From an uncultured Thermoplasmata archaeon (GTDB lineage Archaea; Thermoplasmatota; Thermoplasmata; UBA10834), in NCBI GenBank assembly GCA_963705355.1, contig OY970070.1, positions 686,818 through 750,817 on the forward strand: DNA of 64,000 nt, read 5' to 3'. Shown here piece after piece: positions 58,718 through 64,000 of this stretch; position 1 is the stretch's first letter, and each line of letters opens with the position of its first letter. A program made the position numbers and the translations under genes. Below the pieces are notes generated by a model, which saw only the letters and a program-made list of their open reading frames with translations, made no database searches and was not told the DNA's origin.

Positions 58718-60484
58718 TCATCTTCCCCAGAACGGTTTCTCCTTTCGCTTGATTGCCGCGAGCTGCTCAAAGGCCTCAATCTCATCCTGTTTCAAAGTGT
58801 AGCTCGCAAGCTCGTGCGCGTGTCTTTCGGGAATATCGACCAGCAGCACGTCCTCCACATCGATCTGCCTTCCCACGGTCGCATCATCGATTGAAATCGC
58901 GACCTCGGCTCCTGCGATGGCCTCCTTGAGCGACTCCTCCCCACTGCGTATGCTTTTAATCCTGCCGACTTCCTTTCCGTCTTCTCTGACCAGACCTTGG
59001 CCAGGGCGGATCCTGCCGGCCAGAACTCTGACGCCCACAATCGCAGGTTTGCTGACTCGGAAGACGTGGTCTCTCATTATCACGATCTTGCCTGGGAAGA
59101 CTATCTCCAGCCTCTGCTCCACCTCGACCTCCTTCTTGCGCTCCTCGCACCAGGTCCGGTAGTCTTCGAGCAACCGATACATGACATCGTTCTCGAAGAT
59201 CTTGATGCCAGATGAGAGGGCCTCGGACTTCGCATCTTCGTTTATCCCGACATTGAACGCGAAGATGGCTCTGTGCATGGGATCCGCAAAATGAGAGGCC
59301 TCGACGATGTCCTTGCGGATCACGTTGCCGATGTCTATCTTCCTGATGGGAAGATTGCTCTGCTTTGCCTCGAAGGCGAATGCCTCCAGTGACCCGATCG
59401 CATCTCCCCGGACAATGATTCCTTCCTCGGCGAGCTCGACCTTGATCTGGCTCTCCTTGCGAACCTCGTCCTTCAGCTCGTCGAGATCTCCACTGACCAC
59501 CCTGATGGTGCCCCCGGCCATGGCGTTCTCGAGGTTCTGAGCGACTACCCGAATCCCTGCAGCCGCGGAAACCTCCTTGACCCGATCGAACCTCAGGGTT
59601 GGATCGCGAATCTCATCCAAGGGCCTCGGCCTCTGCAATCCCTTTATCTTGGTCACAATCGGTTCGTCCTTGACCGATGAGACCACTATCTGGTCTCCTA
59701 CCTTCACAGTTCCGCGGTAGATGATCGAGTCGATTGCAGTGCCTATCCCCCTCTCTTCCTTTACTTCCAGGACCGTGCCCTCGCCCGGCCCTTCCTCCGT
59801 CCGGAGTTCTTCTCCAAGAAATCTCTGTGCCAACCCGACGAGCATGAGGAGCAAGTCTGGCAGTCCCTCACCATACTTCCCGCTTATCGGAACGATAGCG
59901 ACCGTTTTTGTGAAGTCGGTAATCTTGTCAAAGCGGTCTGCGCTAAGACCGCTCTTGTCGAATATTCTGCCCGAGAGACTGTATATCTTCTCCTCCAGCT
60001 CCGCAGCGACCCGCGGGTCCTGTGCCGCAATAGCATCGCCGAAGGTCTTCCATTCTTCGCGCCTCCAGCCAGGTATGAGATCTATCTTGTTGGCCGCGAT
60101 CAAGAACGGCGTGCGGAACTTCTTCAGTATGTTTATCGACTCGATGGTCTGCGGCTTCAGACCCTCGTTTATGTCAATGACGAGTACTGCGAGGTCTGCA
60201 AGAGCGCCGCCCCTGGTCCTCAGAGTGACGAACGAATAGTGCCCCGGCGTATCTATGAAGAGCAGCCCCGGAACGGAGAACTTGCGGTCGCCTATCAGAG
60301 GCCCGCATAGCTTGTATATCGTCTCGATTGGCACATCGGTGGCGCCGATGTGCTGAGTGATTCCTCCCGCCTCCCGGCTGACGACCTCAGTGCCCCTGAT
60401 CTTGTCTAGAATAGTCGACTTCCCGTGGTCGACGTGCCCCATGACCGAGACTATAGGGTGCCGGATGGCCATGGAAATCACCAA
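58718..60484 (-). CDS. infB: translation initiation factor aIF5B (IF-2 homolog)
   Basis: G-domain motifs (VMGHVDHGKST, DTPGH, NKID) and 588-aa length. Confidence 0.9.
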   Translation of the reverse strand: MVISMAIRHPIVSVMGHVDHGKSTILDKIRGTEVVSREAGGITQHIGATDVPIETIYKLCGPLIGDRKFSVPGLLFIDTPGHYSFVTLRTRGGALADLAVLVIDINEGLKPQTIESINILKKFRTPFLIAANKIDLIPGWRREEWKTFGDAIAAQDPRVAAELEEKIYSLSGRIFDKSGLSADRFDKITDFTKTVAIVPISGKYGEGLPDLLLMLVGLAQRFLGEELRTEEGPGEGTVLEVKEERGIGTAIDSIIYRGTVKVGDQIVVSSVKDEPIVTKIKGLQRPRPLDEIRDPTLRFDRVKEVSAAAGIRVVAQNLENAMAGGTIRVVSGDLDELKDEVRKESQIKVELAEEGIIVRGDAIGSLEAFAFEAKQSNLPIRKIDIGNVIRKDIVEASHFADPMHRAIFAFNVGINEDAKSEALSSGIKIFENDVMYRLLEDYRTWCEERKKEVEVEQRLEIVFPGKIVIMRDHVFRVSKPAIVGVRVLAGRIRPGQGLVREDGKEVGRIKSIRSGEESLKEAIAGAEVAISIDDATVGRQIDVEDVLLVDIPERHAHELASYTLKQDEIEAFEQLAAIKRKEKPFWGR

Positions 60485-60722
60485 CGGACACGCTTTATAT
60501 CAAGTTAACTGGCATGGACAGACACATGGTCTTTGCGATGAACAAACTCGCCTGGACCGGATGAGGCCTTCGTTCACAACCGCTTCCAGCGCAAGCGACA
60601 CCTTGCCGCGAAGCCGAGGATGATGGCCTTTCCAAGAGAAGCTCGCTCTCCAATCGAGCGACTGGCAAACCGTCACGAAATCCCCCAGAAGTGGGAAGCC
60701 GGATGAAGGGGTCTCGTGGAGA

Positions 60723-61178
60723 TTACTTCTCGAAGAGAGAGGCCTCGTCTATCTTCTCGTACTTCTGAATCTCGTAGTCGTTGAAGAACAACTTGATCTC
60801 GCGCTTGGCGCTCTCGGAGGAGTCGGACCCGTGCACGATGTTCCTGCCCGTGACCTGAGATAAATCGCCTCGGATGGTCCCCGGAGCGGCGTCCTGGGGG
60901 TTTGTCTTGCCCATCATCGCCCTCAGGGCGGCGATGGCGTTCTCGCCCTCGAGCACCATGCAAACGACAGGCCCGGAGGTTATGTAGGTCAGCAGGGGGT
61001 CGTAGAACTCCTTCCCCTTGTGCTCCTCATAGTGCCTTTCTGCCAACTCCCTCGGTATCTTCATCATCTTCATCGCGCAGACCTTGAGGCCTCTGTCCTC
61101 GAACCTCTGGACGATCCTGCCGACGAGCCCCCTCTGGACTCCATCGGGCTTCACCATCGCGAAGGTCTTCTCGATCAT
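60723..61178 (-). CDS. ndk: nucleoside diphosphate kinase
   Basis: NDK motifs ([20 protein letters not shown] catalytic His). Confidence 0.9.
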   Translation of the reverse strand: MIEKTFAMVKPDGVQRGLVGRIVQRFEDRGLKVCAMKMMKIPRELAERHYEEHKGKEFYDPLLTYITSGPVVCMVLEGENAIAALRAMMGKTNPQDAAPGTIRGDLSQVTGRNIVHGSDSSESAKREIKLFFNDYEIQKYEKIDEASLFEK

Positions 61179-61654
61179 GCTTTGCCACCATCCGACTGCT
61201 TTTCCTTGTGTTCGGTCTTTGGCTTCGGCTTCTCCGCTTTGGCTTCCTCAGTCTTCTTTGCCGGCTCGGCCTTCTTCGCAGGGACCTCCTTGGCGGGTTC
61301 CTTCGGAGCCGGCTTCTTCTCTTCTGCCTTCGGCTTACCCTCCTTGGGAGCTCGCTTGGCCTCCTCCTTCTTTGGCTCCGCTTTCTTCTCCGCCATCGCC
61401 TCTTCTTTCTTGACCTTGCGGGCCTTCGTGGGCTCAGGTGCGACCTCTGGCGCCCCCCTCATCCTAATCTGTTTCTCGCGCGCATAGTACTGAGTCCAGG
61501 TAGTCCTCCTCGGGACGCGCCCGAGCACGATCATGTTCTTGAAGCACTTGGAAGTGCAGAAGTTGTAGACTACCCCATCCTTCTTGATGTACATCCTGCC
61601 CGTCCCCGGCTCGATCTCGTCACCGCAGAACGTGCACACTCTTCGCTCGACCAT
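61175..61654 (-). CDS. rpl24e: 50S ribosomal protein L24e with long Lys/Ala/Glu/Pro-rich C-terminal extension
   Basis: N-terminal L24e zinc-binding core ([13 protein letters not shown]...CTSKC) followed by about 95 aa of low-complexity K/A/E/P repeats. Confidence 0.85.
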   Translation of the reverse strand: MVERRVCTFCGDEIEPGTGRMYIKKDGVVYNFCTSKCFKNMIVLGRVPRRTTWTQYYAREKQIRMRGAPEVAPEPTKARKVKKEEAMAEKKAEPKKEEAKRAPKEGKPKAEEKKPAPKEPAKEVPAKKAEPAKKTEEAKAEKPKPKTEHKEKQSDGGKA

Positions 61655-61680
61655 TGAACATCACCTCTGATGCAGGAGGC

Positions 61681-61893
61681 TCAGCGCACGCTGAGCTTCC
61701 TCGCCTCTCTCGAGGTCTCCTTCAGCATCAGCACATCTCCGACCCTGATGGGACCCATGACGTTGCGGGTGATGATACGGCCCTTGTCCCGGCCGTCCAT
61801 GACCCTCACCTTCACCTGAGTCGCCTCTCCGGTCATGCCGGTCCTGCCGATGACCTCGACGACGGTTGATGGTATGCTCTCATCTTCTGGCAT
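61681..61893 (-). CDS. rps28e: 30S ribosomal protein S28e
   Basis: 70-aa ORF with S28e-like core ([21 protein letters not shown]...[11 protein letters not shown]). Confidence 0.9.
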   Translation of the reverse strand: MPEDESIPSTVVEVIGRTGMTGEATQVKVRVMDGRDKGRIITRNVMGPIRVGDVLMLKETSREARKLSVR

Positions 61894-61902
61894 TCAGGCC
61901 AC

Positions 61903-62316
61903 CTACTTCTTCAGCGCCTTCAGCTTGTCGGCTAGCTCGTCGAGAGCCGGCTTGCCCTTCGCGGCATCGAGTATGGCGACCGCAGCGGTCGGCTTCTCGA
62001 GCCCACAGGCGTTGCCAAGCTCGGCCTTGCTCGGGACATAGGCGTAAGGCACGTTCCGCTCCTCGCACAGAGAGGGCATGTGCATCAGTATCTCGGGCGG
62101 TGAGACGTCCTCTGCCATGACGACCATCAGAGTCTCGCCCCTTTCGACGAGCTTTGTCACCTCGTTCGTACCCTTGCGTATCTTTCCGCCGTCTCTTGCG
62201 AGCTCGACTAGCTCGTAGGTCTTGTCAGCTAGGTCCTTCGGCATCTCGAACTTCACATACACTGGCTTCGCCAAGTTGATACCTCCTTCAGGTGCGTTAG
62301 CACCGTCATCATTCAT
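61903..62316 (-). CDS. rpl7ae: 50S ribosomal protein L7Ae (kink-turn RNA-binding protein)
   Basis: L7Ae family sequence (KIRKGTNEVTKLVERGE...YVPSKAELG); start may be downstream of the annotated ATG. Confidence 0.9.
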   Translation of the reverse strand: MNDDGANAPEGGINLAKPVYVKFEMPKDLADKTYELVELARDGGKIRKGTNEVTKLVERGETLMVVMAEDVSPPEILMHMPSLCEERNVPYAYVPSKAELGNACGLEKPTAAVAILDAAKGKPALDELADKLKALKK

Positions 62317-62359
62317 CGGCCCTTTTGATGAAAAGAGCAGAATGAGTAAATGGTCTTGG

Positions 62360-62366
62360 TATAAAA
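62360..62366. promoter_or_regulatory. TATA box (TATAAAA), strand assignment ambiguous
   Basis: Isolated AT-rich heptamer in GC-rich spacer about 47 nt upstream of the rpl7ae ATG (minus) and also oriented for a plus-strand transcript toward 62855. Confidence 0.35.
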
Positions 62367-62854
62367 TGGTTGCCGGAGTTACACTGTGCGATGCGGATTC
62401 TCACGACGTACAAATACGTGGAAGAGCGCTCGACGGCTGATCCAAATGCCAGGGAATGCAGGTTCCCGCATTACAGCCGAGCCCCCGTACGCTCCTTCGC
62501 TACAGGGGCTCAACTTTCGAAGGTTCGAAAACGAGGGCGATCACGAAGGGATAGCTGGGGTCATGAATCGCAGTTGGGAGGCGGACCGCGTTGATGCCAC
62601 AGTTGCTGCAACCGACATAGGAAGAACATACGCCCCCTAGGAGACCTTCAATCCCAAATAGGAAGGACAATCCGTCAGGCGCGCTCGTGCTCTACCAGAG
62701 CTTGGGATTTAGGAAAGATAGGGAGTTCATCTTCTACAGGAAACCGCTCTAATGCATCATCGAAGGACCCATTCCCGAGCATTCAGTCCGATGGAAAAGT
62801 CAATCGTGCGAGAAGCTATATCGCCATTCATCATCAGGTCACTGGGTGATTGCC

Positions 62855-64000
62855 ATGTCTGGGCCGCTGGTGCACTTCCAGCCGATTGGAAGCAAGGTCG
62901 AAGCAAGGGAGGACAGCAGTCTTCTGGATCTTGCAAGGGATGCAGGAGTGGCGATCGAGTCCATCTGCAGTTCCCTTGGCAAATGTGGCAAATGCCGCGT
63001 CGTCGTGAGATCCGGGGGGAAAGCGCTATCGGGCTTGACGGAAAGCGAGAGGCGTCTGCTCGACAGGCGAGAATTGAGAGATGGTGTGAGACTGGCATGT
63101 CAGGCGAAGTTGGCCTTCCCCGCCAACATCACGGTTGAGGTGCCCGAGGAGAGCAGGAGAGGACATCACAGGCTCTTGTCCTCGGGCGTTGAGAGGAAGG
63201 TCGAGCTCAGACCAGCGGTGCAGAAATTCGTATTGAAAATCCCCCCGGCAACACTGAGAGACCTTCGCGCGGATGATGAGAGGCTCCTGCAAGAGCTGAA
63301 GAAGAAGGTCAAGAGGCAGTTTCTGGTGTCTCCTGGCGTGCATAGGCACCTACCAGAAGCGCTCAGGAAAAGCTCGTGGGTCACCACTGTAACACTCTTC
63401 AGGAACGAGGAGGTCATTCGCGCGGAACCGGGCGATACCTCCTCCCGACTGTTCGGCATCGCGGCGGACATTGGCACCACGAAGGTTGTCGCATATCTTC
63501 TAGATCTGAACACTGGCGAGTTGCTCGGGACGGAGAGTATGCCCAACCCGCAGATATCCTATGGTGAGGACCTGATGTCAAGGATCGCCTACACCAACAA
63601 GAATCCCAAAGGGTTGGATGAGCTTCAGCAATCAATCGCTCACGGGCTCAACACCCTCATCTTCAAGTTGTGCACGGACAAGGGACTCACACCAGGGGAC
63701 ATCCTTGAGGTCATGGTCGTCGGAAACACCGCAATGCACCACATCTTCTTCGGCATACCCACGACCCATCTGGCAGCCGCACCATACGCCCCGGTTGTCA
63801 AGACCTCCCTGTCGGTGAATCCTCCTCATGTCGGACTCAACACGTATCCGTTCGGGAAGGTCTCGTCGCTTCCTAACATAGCAGGGTTCGTTGGCGCAGA
63901 TGCGGTCTCCGATCTCCTGTCCAGCGGACTGTACGACGACAATGATGTCGGCATGATGATAGACATCGGGACGAACACCGAGATAATCGCGGGCAATAAG
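62855..64000 (+). CDS. RACo/RamA-like corrinoid-protein reductive activase (2Fe-2S ferredoxin domain + ASKHA/DUF4445 ATPase domain), 3'-truncated by window edge
   Basis: Hand-translated from ATG at 62855; open to the window end. N-terminal CSSLGKCGKC...C ferredoxin-like Cys pattern, then ASKHA-type start GIAADIGTTKVVAYLLDL. Not in the ORF track because no stop lies in the window. Confidence 0.65.
   Translation, partial: MSGPLVHFQPIGSKVEAREDSSLLDLARDAGVAIESICSSLGKCGKCRVVVRSGGKALSGLTESERRLLDRRELRDGVRLACQAKLAFPANITVEVPEESRRGHHRLLSSGVERKVELRPAVQKFVLKIPPATLRDLRADDERLLQELKKKVKRQFLVSPGVHRHLPEALRKSSWVTTVTLFRNEEVIRAEPGDTSSRLFGIAADIGTTKVVAYLLDLNTGELLGTESMPNPQISYGEDLMSRIAYTNKNPKGLDELQQSIAHGLNTLIFKLCTDKGLTPGDILEVMVVGNTAMHHIFFGIPTTHLAAAPYAPVVKTSLSVNPPHVGLNTYPFGKVSSLPNIAGFVGADAVSDLLSSGLYDDNDVGMMIDIGTNTEIIAGNK

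Noticed and set aside
61200-61450. Short tandem nucleotide repeats that could resemble a repeat array
   Set aside because: They lie inside the rpl24e coding region and encode its K/A/E/P-rich tail; no repeat-spacer periodicity or unique spacers.
1-64000. CRISPR array, cas genes, rRNA genes, integrase or prophage genes
   Set aside because: None found on reading both strands. The only mobile-element signature is the solo tnpB; the only CRISPR-related hint is the Csa3/CARF-like regulator pair, which has no array or cas partner in the window.

Overview
GC-rich archaeal chromosomal segment, densely coding on both strands. Archaeal identity rests on ribosomal proteins L7Ae/S28e/L24e/S6e, eIF2-gamma, aIF5B, a GINS-like subunit, archaeal-type ProRS, CTP-type riboflavin kinase, pantoate kinase and two intron-containing tRNAs. 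I call about 65 protein genes, 3 tRNAs (Pro, Gly, Lys), no rRNA and no CRISPR array. Most of the window is housekeeping: translation (rpl7ae-rps28e-rpl24e-ndk, infB, eif2g-rps6e, proS), purine synthesis (purS-purL-purQ), CoA synthesis (coaBC, pantoate kinase), the archaeal mevalonate entry operon (HTH regulator, HMG-CoA synthase, thiolase, DUF35), prs, tmk, trmI, and amino-acid catabolism (tdh-kbl, gcvPA-gcvPB, hutH-like lyase, class-III aminotransferase, ferredoxin, tungsten-type aldehyde:ferredoxin oxidoreductase, peptide ABC importer, TldD/PmbA). I found no clear novel multi-gene system; the best candidates for follow-up are (1) a tandem pair of Csa3/CARF-like wHTH regulators with no cas genes nearby, (2) two adjacent uninterrupted MttB-superfamily methyltransferases plus a RACo/RamA-like activator gene running off the 3' edge, and (3) a solo IS200/IS605-type TnpB with hairpins at its 3' end. 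Other notable items are two helical-repeat proteins with C-terminal zinc ribbons, an L24e with a long lysine-rich tail, and a 540-bp non-coding divergent spacer. All assignments come from reading the translated ORFs and motifs by eye; no database search was run. Several start codons are GTG/TTG in the ORF track and remain uncertain.
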